Positions 27,501-36,022 of a DNA stretch of 64,000 nucleotides are shown one piece after another. This DNA is from a virus. Location: IMG/VR virus record IMGVR_UViG_3300031566_000021; one strand, written 5' to 3'. Each line of letters begins with the position of its first letter. The stretch's first letter is position 1. Both the position numbers and the translations under genes were made by a program. The notes beneath the pieces are model-generated. The model made no database searches. It had not been told where the DNA came from and saw only the letters and a list, made by a program, of their open reading frames with translations.

Positions 27501-28773
27501 AATCGACTACGTCTTCTCGCCGGCTAACGATGCGCTGGTCTTTACGGGTGAGGTACCGATTGCCCAGTCGGGAGATGACCGGACGGCTCAGCCGAATGCA
27601 GGCACCTTAGCTATTACAGGCCTAGCACCCTCGGTTGAGATTAGCTACAGGTTCGTTGTACCTAATGATGTGCTTTCCATCTCGGGCGAGCAGCCTAGTG
27701 TGGAGATCGACTATACGATCGCCGTTGGAGAGGATACACTAGCGCTGACAGGTGAAATCCCAGCGGTCAATGCGACCACGGGAGTAACGGAACAACCTGG
27801 TGCGGGTGTTCTTGTTATTACCGGCGAAATACCCGTTGCGGCTAGTACTGAGAACCAGTATGTAGCCCCGGGCGACGGCGCGCTATCGCTGAGTGGAGCC
27901 GTTAGTACAGTCGTAGTAACGGACAATCGAGACGCACAGCCTGATGCTGGCGTTCTAAACATAGTAGGACTTGCGCCGACGATTGGTGTTGGTATCGTCC
28001 GCATACCTGATAATGGCATTTTAGACCTAGTTGGTCAGACGCCTGTAGTTGCTCGGACTGAACACCAATATCCAGCACCAGGAGTTGGAACTCTTGATCT
28101 TACCGGATTTACACCATCAACGGCCGGAGAAGTCTTCGCCAGTCCTGGGACAGATGTTCTTTCCATCGTTGGTCAGGAACCAGTACTATTCCGCACAGAA
28201 GGCGTCTGGGAGCTGCCGGGAGTTGGTACTGCGAACATTACAGGTCAGATACCTGTACTCGAGCTATCTGACTCCTGGGTTAACTTCCCGGATACAGGTA
28301 GTATTACATTCGCCGGGTACAATCCAGTACCATCTACTAGCAACAATCTACAGCTCGGTCCAGACAGGGATATCCTGGCTATTACAGGCCAGCAGCCGAA
28401 TATCGTAATAGACCACAGGTTCTATCCTGCAAGTGATACGCTAGCCCTCACAGGACAGCCAGTAGAAATAGCACGCGTCTTCAAAGTCCCCGCTGGGGCC
28501 TTAAGCTTCGTCGCATATGTACCCGAACTGCTCGTCACGGGCGATAGAAAGGCTCTCCCGTACGTCGATCATCTCCGGATTACCGGTCTAGCTCCAGTCG
28601 CTTACGTAACGCCAGTCGACGTAATAGTGTATGTAGACATGGACTTCGCGTCCGACATTGTTAAGGGCATGATATTTGCTGATCCTGCCCTACCAGTTAA
28701 CGAGGTTACCTTCGACCAGTACGACGGAGCGGACCCCGGAATTAAACAGACTATCACTTTAAGCGGGAGTTAG
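21550..28773 (+). CDS. giant repeat-containing fibre-like structural protein (2407 aa)
   Basis: Dozens of ~23-26-aa repeats P.(E/D/G).L.(L/F/I)TG..P.V with four inserted aromatic-rich globular domains. Confidence 0.8.
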   Translation: MAVRLNTAASSNTDSFSYSVSAGNNRCLIVGITQEVASPSQPTVAYGGQSMTHVVGIAVGDATDQRVDLFFLNDAGIQAASGTTIVVTGEPAAFTINAASYENCVQTTPTVTDTHASTGAGTTTLDITSSDTSVAVCLGGMGNSGTVAWSGGVTEQTEQVDVGATTTGSLADEEVTTGAAENYVGTWTTANRRAGCALILANLPAEGITGVVPSEFDMDTADVDVDGLNFGASQGSATVYLSDANTLAGSANEVDITSAVNTWSDTQVNLDLTQLSAGELASLHTLGPGQRFVIILTDASDEYGSAAITLHRPQGFQMVLGAATPGTTTQRLTGMSGTFGGGRIEETAAQNPSTTNTDVANNGNREDVWSIEAKVNSRAVQYDFRVLYDGEVADTITQTPQVTISAGENIPVGAGALTLVGHAPTASVASSIAVDAGSAAITGWAPTVSVASSIAVDDGALALVGLVPTLALSDHITRAPAEDVLAFGGLVPSIVIGVVFTPGVPVVQKLGAVDIGTFGLPLEGTFTKEGTVFPVSVPIVLDHVDFNLRKEGSPTGNLVIEVYLCNEGNSYVGYYPAYLDSPVATSTTTLDVSTLTGTLTLYTLDFAGEVLPPGIYAFVATYNDGDPDNYVETQIFFNRNPNAIGGYQQIIEYTEPDDPFSWYPSFGGWDSGTQPATSDGTEMLVFVRGLSIMGQLPRLVVTELLPVGGAGTITIEGLAPTLSDSLHPNIAVDKADLVLATYAPTLDFKDKYVFPDAAEHDFILHPQTVGFFNFIGIDSRGEVFRSPEGGILRRVDFLLAKNGGPVGTVIARLYAADTGDFDALTANPANGASPLASSTNTFDAATDISLSANTFRFDFAGYRLEPNTPYAIVVEFTGSGVGDHLTMYVWQPKTFPGYHTRGFPSGAWNQVTNTNTTMRLVVESLHISGQTPVVGINLTSISPAQDTLLFAGLAPSLLLQPSQPSEGTLVFTGFAPTVLAAPVVKPDEGILTLTGYAPDVGIIYITEPAEDTLVLTGEIPVSLVGERVRPGEDTLALTGEIPTVEISYRFAPAEDVLALTGEVPSVELDYTLSPAEDTLAFSGLAPSVGISYFLSPGVGALNITQRQPYIKPTLIGTYTTALRQQSLAQSDTVDIPEGTELVIVAVSSWNYFTAGLKREGAAVLGGKDMLDIANLPQTGSGVLNGEIVTKIGYATSIWISYLLNPAPGPQTLAYTWNSSYHISDPSWDLIYPDEVTYLFYAGMRKDGVVVRDVSYANDEVLIDLWVEVAATVDSRATDLVCGFLTSYSWVWNDYDLRPSVTENILTDEVYTGQTEISHTGPTLDRGGESGGITVGVVDAPGSTTSTMKGVADYTQLVVLSLRGANDQDRFLYGPATAVATFTGEIPTIVTTGVALTIPVDAGILGISSDVVVSEAGPSVVAPVDAALAIAGAIPTVFVSTFTLLGTVLIDQCLELILVDEATGVVPGAPVTVTKSVTVPVGTTLAIVFSAQYNAVENISVTGISLGGQALETASLDGALVVLFWGPYIAYLRSPPTGAQDLAVSYNVPISQSPHIHVAFYSGTHPTFAPRGVAFDRHGYFPGEAGSVDIASRSDDLVVAGIVGWYGFTDVAPAGSNQHVIAQANSGPRYWPFTFDGFDAYNDPHWDGYEHTYSSFIREYPPADGLSTIHNTVSGSEGFTTIAALAFPSINSTEQVFWVAPDTLAFTGEIPSLLVGEIVVPDEDTLVLTGQIPVVDVQSFDKVFEPAEDILVIAGEVPVVQAGQGAFPQPGVGTLAITGLAPSIEISYTFKPAEDTLQITGEQPTASVNLLVAPGPDTLLLVGEQPIVSQGLVYTPGAGALQLTGQQPSAEIDYTIEVPVGSLAFTGRIPVSQSGDDQTSQPDEDVLQIIGLVPSVEVSYRFTPAEDTLSLTGLTPLCTIQLYTFPGVAALAFTGQEPSNDVSYTFTPGEDTLDFTGLVPVVAIGVIRQPGEDTLALTGQQPSVGIDYVFSPANDALVFTGEVPIAQSGDDRTAQPNAGTLAITGLAPSVEISYRFVVPNDVLSISGEQPSVEIDYTIAVGEDTLALTGEIPAVNATTGVTEQPGAGVLVITGEIPVAASTENQYVAPGDGALSLSGAVSTVVVTDNRDAQPDAGVLNIVGLAPTIGVGIVRIPDNGILDLVGQTPVVARTEHQYPAPGVGTLDLTGFTPSTAGEVFASPGTDVLSIVGQEPVLFRTEGVWELPGVGTANITGQIPVLELSDSWVNFPDTGSITFAGYNPVPSTSNNLQLGPDRDILAITGQQPNIVIDHRFYPASDTLALTGQPVEIARVFKVPAGALSFVAYVPELLVTGDRKALPYVDHLRITGLAPVAYVTPVDVIVYVDMDFASDIVKGMIFADPALPVNEVTFDQYDGADPGIKQTITLSGS

Positions 28774-28775
28774 AA

Positions 28776-29087
28776 ATGGCACACCACGACGCGGTTTCGC
28801 AGGACGCTAAAATCATCCTGCGCGTCACCTGCACGAAGAAAAGCGGTGGGGTGATCAACCTCACTGGAGGCTCAGCTACGCTCCGGTGGAAAGTTGGAAC
28901 TGCCGCTGCGGTCGAGAAAGCAATGACAATCGTTGATGCCATAAATGGTGTCGTCGAGTACGAATTCCAGACTGACGAGCTGGAGGCTCCGATGATGCGG
29001 TATGAGGTCACGGTTACTCTAGCGGATGCGACGGTAGTTACATCCATCCATGAGCATAGACTGTCCGTAAGAGAGAGGTTAGCCTAA
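28776..29087 (+). CDS. BppU N-terminal-like Ig-fold structural protein
   Basis: INLTG.S.TL...IVDA.NGVVEY...D...YEVTVT pattern. Confidence 0.6.
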   Translation: MAHHDAVSQDAKIILRVTCTKKSGGVINLTGGSATLRWKVGTAAAVEKAMTIVDAINGVVEYEFQTDELEAPMMRYEVTVTLADATVVTSIHEHRLSVRERLA

Positions 29088-29422
29088 TGGTACACGTCGT
29101 CACTCGCGGTTTGAAACAGGATGCCACTTGGTGGGCAGTCACCCCTGATGGCTACGGTGGCGACACCTTCGGGCCCGCTATTGCGGTCAAAGTTCGTTGG
29201 GAGGACCGGAAAGAAGTGTACTATGGTCAGCTTGATCGTCGGGAGCTAATCAGCAACGCCGTGGTCTTTGTTGACCGTGACGTCGCTACCGGTGACTGGC
29301 TATACTTAGGAACAACTGACGCCGGTGACCCATCACTGTTTGCCGGTGCCTTCAAAGTGCAGAGGTTCGATAAGATACCGGATCTCAGGAATCTTAACCC
29401 GATGAGAAGGGCAGTTCTGTAA
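29087..29422 (+). CDS. head closure (stopper) protein
   Basis: Synteny before the gp10-like gene, ~110 aa, beta-rich. Confidence 0.65.
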   Translation: MVHVVTRGLKQDATWWAVTPDGYGGDTFGPAIAVKVRWEDRKEVYYGQLDRRELISNAVVFVDRDVATGDWLYLGTTDAGDPSLFAGAFKVQRFDKIPDLRNLNPMRRAVL

Positions 29423-29892
29423 TGGCTAAGGCTACCAGCTTCAAGGCCAACTTCGGGCGGCTGCCTGGCCGTGTACGAGCGGGTAGCCCAGCCTTCTTCA
29501 GGAAGGCAACGACTAAGACTGCTCAAGCGGACATGGCGGCTATTATCCAGCGGTACGACGGCTTTATTAAGCACCTCCAGGGTGTCACACCTGAGGCCAT
29601 ATACGATGCGCTGGAGCCGGTATTTGACAAGAGTCAAGAGTACGTACCAAAGGCAACAGGTCTCCTTGCTGAGAGCGCCGAGATGAACATTAACCAGCTA
29701 GATAATGGTCGGATCGAAGGTGAGATCACATACGGCAGCACGTCTGCTTGGTATGCTGCGCTAGTCCACGAGCTGGTGTATGTTAATCACGAACCTCCTA
29801 CGCGCAGCAAATATCTCCAGGCAGCGCTCGAAGAGGAGATGGACAACTTTCTAACCAGTATTCTACTACACTACACGGGAGTGTTCAAATGA
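29422..29892 (+). CDS. HK97 gp10-like tail completion protein
   Basis: SQEYVPKATGLL.ES, YA..VHE, KYLQAAL motifs. Confidence 0.8.
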   Translation: MAKATSFKANFGRLPGRVRAGSPAFFRKATTKTAQADMAAIIQRYDGFIKHLQGVTPEAIYDALEPVFDKSQEYVPKATGLLAESAEMNINQLDNGRIEGEITYGSTSAWYAALVHELVYVNHEPPTRSKYLQAALEEEMDNFLTSILLHYTGVFK

Positions 29893-30329
29893 GGGATCCT
29901 GCAATCATCGTTAAGGACCTTCTGGAGGCTGCGGGCGTAGGTCAGTTCGCCGTCACTTCTGGATGGTGTCTCTGTCTAGGTGATCCACCAGATGTGCCGG
30001 ACAGTGTAGTACTGGTTAATCAAACAGGGGGGCTTAATCCGTATCCACACTTACTCATCAACCAACCCAGCGTACAAGTAATAGTCAGAGGTGCGCGGAA
30101 TGGCTACCCAGCAGCGCGTGAGAAGATAGACGAAGCCATCAGGACTCTATTAGGCATCTACACCTATGTGGATCCTGTAAGTGGCGACATCTATCGGTCC
30201 TGCATCCAGTTAGGAGACGTTGCCTATCTGGGCAGGGATGACAACACGAGGACAATGTTCTCAGCGAATTTCCGTTTCATAGTCGAGCCGGTAGAGGCTG
30301 CAGGGTCGCATAGGATCGCGATCACATAA
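29889..30329 (+). CDS. tail terminator (minor capsid 3-like)
   Basis: PSVQVIVRG...Y...LGRDDN.R..FS.NF pattern, synteny. Confidence 0.75.
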   Translation: MRDPAIIVKDLLEAAGVGQFAVTSGWCLCLGDPPDVPDSVVLVNQTGGLNPYPHLLINQPSVQVIVRGARNGYPAAREKIDEAIRTLLGIYTYVDPVSGDIYRSCIQLGDVAYLGRDDNTRTMFSANFRFIVEPVEAAGSHRIAIT

Positions 30330-30353
30330 CGTACCAAAGGAAGGAATTTAATC

Positions 30354-31400
30354 ATGGCAGCGAAACAAGTAGCACTATCCACCGACGACGCCACTTACCG
30401 GCTCCTCCCGGGTGGCACAGGTGAAATCACGAGGGAGGGAGTTGCGATCGAGGACACGATCTTCGGTCAGACGTACAAGTCGGAGATCACCGGACCGATC
30501 ACATGGGGCATGAACGCCAATGCGATCTACAAGGGGTACCCGGGTTACGTCGGCACCCTCAAGAAGCCTGGCACTCCAGTTGTGGCGGATGGTGAAGCCT
30601 GTACGCTCGTGTCAGGCAAAACCTACCAGATCGACGCGGCGGCAAAGCGGGTCTGGGATCGCACGGATACGGTCGTGGTGTATGACAATGCGGTGGATCA
30701 TACCGCGGATGTCGAGTCGATCGACTATCTGTTCGGAACGGTGACGTTCAAGCCGGCCTATACCGTTACGTCTCCGGTGACTGTGGATGTCAGTTACTTC
30801 CCCATGGCGACTCTCGGCAAGTTCACCGGCTTCACGTTGAACATGACGGCTGATGCCATTCGGGATTCAGACATCCCGGCGCTGATCGCCAACGGTGGAT
30901 TTCACACCCACATTCCTGGGTTGAAAACCGTTACGCTGGAGGTTCCGACGGTGTTCGATGCGACGGACGACTGGCCAGCTGGTCTGGAGGCTCGTGCGGA
31001 GTACCTGCTCGAGCTGAATCCGGACGGTCTGGGCGAGGCAAGCGGCTCGTTGGCCCGAGGCTTCTTCCGCCTCACTTCGCAAAGACAGTCTGGGGATGTC
31101 GGGGCGCTCGAGGAAGAGAGCCTGATGTTCAGCCTCAACGTGCCGTATCTCGACAGTCCAGGTCTCACGACTCCGTTCGGTTGGATCCACGATGCAGCAT
31201 CGCCGATGCCTCTAGCGATTCAGGATGCTCTGACTCGGTGGGCTGGTGATCTCTCCATCTGGGGCCGATATCTGCACGACGGGATCGTAGGCTGGAAGGG
31301 CTCGGGAGTTATCACGAACATCTCACTTTCGGCAGGAATGGAAGCGATGAACGTGTTTACCTGCAATCTCCAAATGTCAGGTGCAGCAACCGACGTCTAA
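30354..31400 (+). CDS. major tail tube protein
   Basis: Strong RBS and codon bias, position before chaperone and tape measure. Confidence 0.8.
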   Translation: MAAKQVALSTDDATYRLLPGGTGEITREGVAIEDTIFGQTYKSEITGPITWGMNANAIYKGYPGYVGTLKKPGTPVVADGEACTLVSGKTYQIDAAAKRVWDRTDTVVVYDNAVDHTADVESIDYLFGTVTFKPAYTVTSPVTVDVSYFPMATLGKFTGFTLNMTADAIRDSDIPALIANGGFHTHIPGLKTVTLEVPTVFDATDDWPAGLEARAEYLLELNPDGLGEASGSLARGFFRLTSQRQSGDVGALEEESLMFSLNVPYLDSPGLTTPFGWIHDAASPMPLAIQDALTRWAGDLSIWGRYLHDGIVGWKGSGVITNISLSAGMEAMNVFTCNLQMSGAATDV

Positions 31401-31465
31401 GAAGCACAGCAGCATATAAAGCAGTATAGGGCAGTTAACCAGTTACCTACGTAAGGAGTAGAACC

Positions 31466-31834
31466 ATGACGGAAGCGAAGAAGTCAAGAGCCGACCTACG
31501 GAGTAGGATCCTGGGCGAGAAGGTTCGCAAGGAAATTATTACGTTGCCAAACGGAGATAAGGTTGAAGTGCACGAGCCCTCGGTGAGTCAGATGTTGCGC
31601 ACTGTGGCCATCGAGGACACTCGTACACGTATGCTCCGGATGCTGGTCGACTCTTGCTTTGTACCTGGTACGAACGAGAAGGTCTTCGAGGACGCAGACA
31701 TAGACGCTCTGGGTGAATTGCCGTTCGGGGGTTCGTACAACGCCCTGATCGACAAGGTCCAAAGCTTTATGGACATCTCCAAGAAGGTCGAAGAAGAGGG
31801 AAAAGTTACCGAAGGGGCTCCAGCCAATTCCTAG
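31466..31834 (+). CDS. tail assembly chaperone (G-like)
   Basis: Between tube and tape measure, carries a slippery site. Confidence 0.8.
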   Translation: MTEAKKSRADLRSRILGEKVRKEIITLPNGDKVEVHEPSVSQMLRTVAIEDTRTRMLRMLVDSCFVPGTNEKVFEDADIDALGELPFGGSYNALIDKVQSFMDISKKVEEEGKVTEGAPANS

Positions 31835-31989
31835 TCAGCTGGGTGGGGTTCCACTTAGGCTTGACTGAGAACGAGGTCGGAGCGTTAAGCACAAGTGAGT
31901 TTGCACGCTGGATCGTGTTTATAGGGAAGATGAACGATAATGGCCAGACAAGTGGATCTCGGAAGGGTAGGGTTCGGGCTCGTAGCTGA
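31798..31989 (+). other. programmed -1 frameshift (G GGA AAA) and GT-like extension
   Basis: In-frame X XXY YYZ at 31798-31804; the -1 frame is open to TGA 31987-31989 and reads ...LGLTENEVGALSTSEFARWIVF... Confidence 0.8.
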
Positions 31990-34900
31990 CTCCACTCAGT
32001 TACAGTCTTCCCTACGCCATCTCCGCAAATTCGGGCAAGAGGTTAACACCTTATCCAGGGCCACTGATGCGGCCGGGACGAAGATGTTTTCCAAGTTTGC
32101 CGGAGTTGAGCGGCAACTCACTAGCTTATTCTCCCGTACGCAAGCCGTCACCGCTAAAATGCGGCAGACGGGGGTTGCGGCGGCGGAGATCGATAAGGTA
32201 TCGGTTTCCTACCAGCGGCTAACGAGGGAGGTGACGCGTAACGCAGCGACGATGTCGCGCCACAATATCGCTCGGGCCACTACGGGAATGAGTGCCATTA
32301 TTGGCCGTGGGAACGCGTCGGCGGCGGCTAAGCAGACGAAAAACATGGCGTTGGCATTCCGCGACCTCGAACGAGCTGCCATTCTTGCGGTAGGTCCCTT
32401 GTCGGGTGTTGGTGCTCGACTTGCGGTACTTGCCGCCTTATTCGAAAGCACTGGTGCGAAGATGGCGTTGTTTATCGCCGGAACCACCGCTGTTGCAGTC
32501 GTCTTCGGTTTACTAGCTACGGCCGGTGTCAAGGCGACAATGAAGATGGAGCAGTTTAACGCCCAGTTATCAACAGCTGCGGGGTCTGCTGCTCTAGTCA
32601 GCGAAGAATACGCGTTTGTTTCCGAACAGGCCGATAAGTTCGGGTTGAGTGTCGAGAAGATGGTCGAACCGTATGCGAAGTTTGCTACGGCCGCACGCCT
32701 ATCGAATGTCACCCTGAAAGAGCAGCGCAACATCTTCGTGGCAGCTACGACCGCTGGTGTAGCAATGCGTCTGTCCTCGGAACGAATGGGTCTCGTCTTC
32801 TTGGCTCTAGAGCAAATGCTGTCCAAAGGTACGGTGACGATGGAAGAACTACGTCGCCAGATGGGTGACTTGATTCCAGGGTCCTTCGAACTTGCCGCTA
32901 GAGCGATGGGAGTAACTGGTGGCGAGCTGGCTTCGATGATTAAGAAGGGTGAGGTCCTAGCTACTGATCTACTACCTAAGTTGTCCAAGCAATGGATGAT
33001 GGTCTTCGGACCTGGCGCTGCTCAGGCAAGTCAGACTCTCCAAGCCGAGCTGGAACGTTTTAGCACATCTACATTTGAGCTGTCCAAAGCTTTAGACAAA
33101 GCTACCAACGCTTCTGCGCTATTCCGTAATATAGTTGTTAGCACTCGGGAGACTATCCAATCGCTGACGAAGAACATGGATACGGTGATGAAAGTCACTG
33201 CGGCTCTAGCCGGGGCGGGTGGTATGCTGGCCCTCCTAAGTATAATGCTCCGGCTTCCGGCTGCGATTGCCTTCGTCACTAGAGGCCTCTTGGGACTAGC
33301 TGCTGCAATTACAGGCGTAGGGACAGCTGCTACACTAGCTAGTGGTTTAGGCCTCCTCAAGTTCTTCCTTCGTCTTGGTGTAGCCGTAGGCGGAGCAGCT
33401 CTTGTTTACGACTTGATGGGCAAGAAGATGAACGTCTTGGTTGAGGAGACCGATGATTTCCTCATCAAGGCCGAGGCGTGGGTGAAGATATTCGAGCACG
33501 TAGGCGGAGCAGACGCTCGTACTACGCAGCAGTTGAAGGATACGGCTACTTTGCGTATGACCCTGATTGCCGACGAGATTGCTGCTATGCAGTTAAAGCT
33601 CGAGGCTATGAAAGAGGTAGCAGCCGCTTCCGCTCCGACAATGTCAAGCTCGATCGGTATGGGCTTGACAGCTGGTGGTCGTATGATCGGAAGGCCGTCA
33701 CCAGGTACTAAGACAAAGACAGTCGTAGACGAACAAATCGAAGGCGCACAAGCTTCGATGAAGAAGCTCAAGGACGCTTTAGAGCGTGTCCGGGGGTTCC
33801 AGGTAGCCCTGATGAACATCGAGGTCGCTCCGGCCCAGAAAGGTAGTGGTGCGGATGAAACTGGTACTGGCTTTGTAAACTGGGTCAAGCGTATTAAGAA
33901 GTCCATCCGAGAAGTGCAGGCGCTATCGGCTGAAATTGCACAGGCCGACTTTGGTGAAGATGCAATGCGGAAAGCCAGGTCTATGAAAGAGGCCATGGAT
34001 ACTGTAGCTGCGATGCCGATCAAGAAGCAAGGATCGATCTCCGCCATTGCAGAGCAACTTCGCAAAGCTGGCTTCGAGGGTAAGAACCTCACGGAACAGC
34101 TTGCCAACATGTACTTCCTAATCGACAAGAGGAAGGATACACTCAAGGAGCTGGAGCAGTTCTCTAAGAACGCTGAGAAGGTCGGCAAGTCGATTAGCGA
34201 TATGTTCCGCGACCTAGAGTCCATGAAGCGTGGGGCTCTAGCGGCTGATCCTGAAGAGTTCCGTAATGCGGAGCGTCGCGAGGTAGCCGCCGGTAAAATG
34301 GTCGATCTCCTCAAGACGATGGGAATGGATCAAGCGAATATCAACTTCCTGGTCGATGAGTATCGAGCCAAGTGGGAGGATGTCCGAGGTGTCGAGAAGG
34401 AGGCGATCCGTATCAAGGAGCTCCGCAAGGAGATGGACAGTCTGTTCGAGAACACCGGCAACAAAGGTGCTCGAGCGTTGCAGAAGATGGACAGGCAGAT
34501 CGAGACAGTTACGGAGGCTCTGGAAAAGGGTGTCATCACTTGGGAGGAGGCTTTTGAGGCCTACGAGGCTATCAGTGATGATCGGTTGCAGAACATGCTC
34601 AGTAAGACCGAGGTATTCGGTCGTAGTATCACTGAACTGATGAAGTCCCTCGAGTCCGATCTTTCCAAGACCTTCGCCGATATCGCAATGGGTGGTAAGG
34701 CTACCTGGAAGGATATGTTCGAGCAGATCGAGCGGCAAGCTCTTGAGTTCGGGTTCAAGATGATGCTAGTCGCGCCAATCATGAAAGGCATATTCGGAGG
34801 TTTGTATACCGGGAAGTCGGCAGACGAAGGTACTGGCTTAATGGAGGGTGTTGTCAAGATGATAGCTGGGGGCTTTGCCTCTGGGGGTGGGGGTGGAGGT

Positions 34901-35167
34901 GCAGGTCTAGAATCTATCGGACTTAGTTCAGTAGTCCCAATGGCTAGTGGCGGCCCATTCCGTGCTGGTCAACCAATGCTTGTTGGCGAAGAAGGTCCCG
35001 AGCTGATCGTACCCAATACGGCAGGTAATGTTGTACCGGGTGGAGCCGGTGGAGTCACCATCTACATGAACATCTCCACTCCGGATGCCAATAGCTTCCG
35101 AGCATCTCGGACACAGATTATCTCAGATATGTCCAACAGCTTGTCACGCGTAAGAAGGGGTAGCTAA
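31940..35167 (+). CDS. tape measure protein
   Basis: 1075 aa, Ala-rich helical, EELRRQMGD tape-measure domain, C-terminal VGEEGPELIVP. Confidence 0.92.
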   Translation: MARQVDLGRVGFGLVADSTQLQSSLRHLRKFGQEVNTLSRATDAAGTKMFSKFAGVERQLTSLFSRTQAVTAKMRQTGVAAAEIDKVSVSYQRLTREVTRNAATMSRHNIARATTGMSAIIGRGNASAAAKQTKNMALAFRDLERAAILAVGPLSGVGARLAVLAALFESTGAKMALFIAGTTAVAVVFGLLATAGVKATMKMEQFNAQLSTAAGSAALVSEEYAFVSEQADKFGLSVEKMVEPYAKFATAARLSNVTLKEQRNIFVAATTAGVAMRLSSERMGLVFLALEQMLSKGTVTMEELRRQMGDLIPGSFELAARAMGVTGGELASMIKKGEVLATDLLPKLSKQWMMVFGPGAAQASQTLQAELERFSTSTFELSKALDKATNASALFRNIVVSTRETIQSLTKNMDTVMKVTAALAGAGGMLALLSIMLRLPAAIAFVTRGLLGLAAAITGVGTAATLASGLGLLKFFLRLGVAVGGAALVYDLMGKKMNVLVEETDDFLIKAEAWVKIFEHVGGADARTTQQLKDTATLRMTLIADEIAAMQLKLEAMKEVAAASAPTMSSSIGMGLTAGGRMIGRPSPGTKTKTVVDEQIEGAQASMKKLKDALERVRGFQVALMNIEVAPAQKGSGADETGTGFVNWVKRIKKSIREVQALSAEIAQADFGEDAMRKARSMKEAMDTVAAMPIKKQGSISAIAEQLRKAGFEGKNLTEQLANMYFLIDKRKDTLKELEQFSKNAEKVGKSISDMFRDLESMKRGALAADPEEFRNAERREVAAGKMVDLLKTMGMDQANINFLVDEYRAKWEDVRGVEKEAIRIKELRKEMDSLFENTGNKGARALQKMDRQIETVTEALEKGVITWEEAFEAYEAISDDRLQNMLSKTEVFGRSITELMKSLESDLSKTFADIAMGGKATWKDMFEQIERQALEFGFKMMLVAPIMKGIFGGLYTGKSADEGTGLMEGVVKMIAGGFASGGGGGGAGLESIGLSSVVPMASGGPFRAGQPMLVGEEGPELIVPNTAGNVVPGGAGGVTIYMNISTPDANSFRASRTQIISDMSNSLSRVRRGS

Positions 35168-36021
35168 TGGCCTTCCTTGAAATACAATTCCCCACATCTA
35201 TCAGCTACGGAGCTGCTGGTGGTCCTTCTTACAGTACAGACGTTATAGTCCTAGATTCCGGGTTTGAGAGTCGCAACCAGAACTGGTCCGTAGCTCGTGC
35301 ATCATGGGACGTTGCTCATGGGATTAAGAACCAAGCGAATCTCGACGTCCTAATTGCCTTCTTCCGAGTAGCGAAGGGTAAGGCAAACGGATTCCGGTTT
35401 AAAGACTGGATCGACTATCTAGTAGCCCAAACTGAAGGGCGTTTAGGTACAACCGCTGTCGGTACAGGTTTCGCAGCTTACCAGCTGTACAAGAGATACA
35501 GTAATGCAGCCGGTTCAGAGGACCGTATTATCCAGAAGCCTGTATCGGGACAGACTACGGTGTACCGTGATTCCAGTCCTGTAACAGTCGGTGGAGGTGC
35601 TGGTCAGATCGCTATCGACTACACCACGGGTATCATCACGTTTGTTGCGGACAGTTCATTTAGCATCACTGCTATCACTAAAGCGGATCCCGGTGTAGTC
35701 ACAACCAGCGCACCCCACGGGTTCTCCAACGGTGACCTGATATATATTTCAGGGGTCGGTGGTATGGTGGAGGTCAACAATCGTGTGTTCGCGATCACGG
35801 GAGCGAGCGGTAGTGTCTTCTCGATAGAGGACACATCCGGACATACTACCTATACCACTGGCGGGCTAGCTTCCAAGTTTCCTCAGCCGGCCGAATCGCT
35901 TCAATGGGCTGGAGAGTTTGATGTACCGGCAAGATTCGATACGGACAAGATGAACGCCCGTGCTGAGACGTACAGCCTCTTCGACTGGGGTCAGATTCCG
36001 GTAATGGAAATAAGGGTGTAA
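35167..36021 (+). CDS. distal tail protein (DUF2460, GTA-like) with inserted beta domain
   Basis: GGPSYSTDV, G.ESRNQNW, FFRVAKGKANGFRFKDW, GEFDVPARFDTD. Confidence 0.88.
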   Translation: MAFLEIQFPTSISYGAAGGPSYSTDVIVLDSGFESRNQNWSVARASWDVAHGIKNQANLDVLIAFFRVAKGKANGFRFKDWIDYLVAQTEGRLGTTAVGTGFAAYQLYKRYSNAAGSEDRIIQKPVSGQTTVYRDSSPVTVGGGAGQIAIDYTTGIITFVADSSFSITAITKADPGVVTTSAPHGFSNGDLIYISGVGGMVEVNNRVFAITGASGSVFSIEDTSGHTTYTTGGLASKFPQPAESLQWAGEFDVPARFDTDKMNARAETYSLFDWGQIPVMEIRV

Positions 36022-36022
36022 T

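Noticed and set aside
21550-28773. Diversity-generating retroelement target
   Set aside because: No reverse transcriptase in the window, and no near-identical TR/VR pair differing at adenines was seen; repeats are protein-level
32209-34738. Long minus-strand ORFs (32209-32988, 33406-34314, 34238-34738) and similar ones opposite MCP, tail, helicase and polymerase genes
   Set aside because: Antisense shadows of well-supported plus-strand genes; no RBS, promoter or recognisable motif
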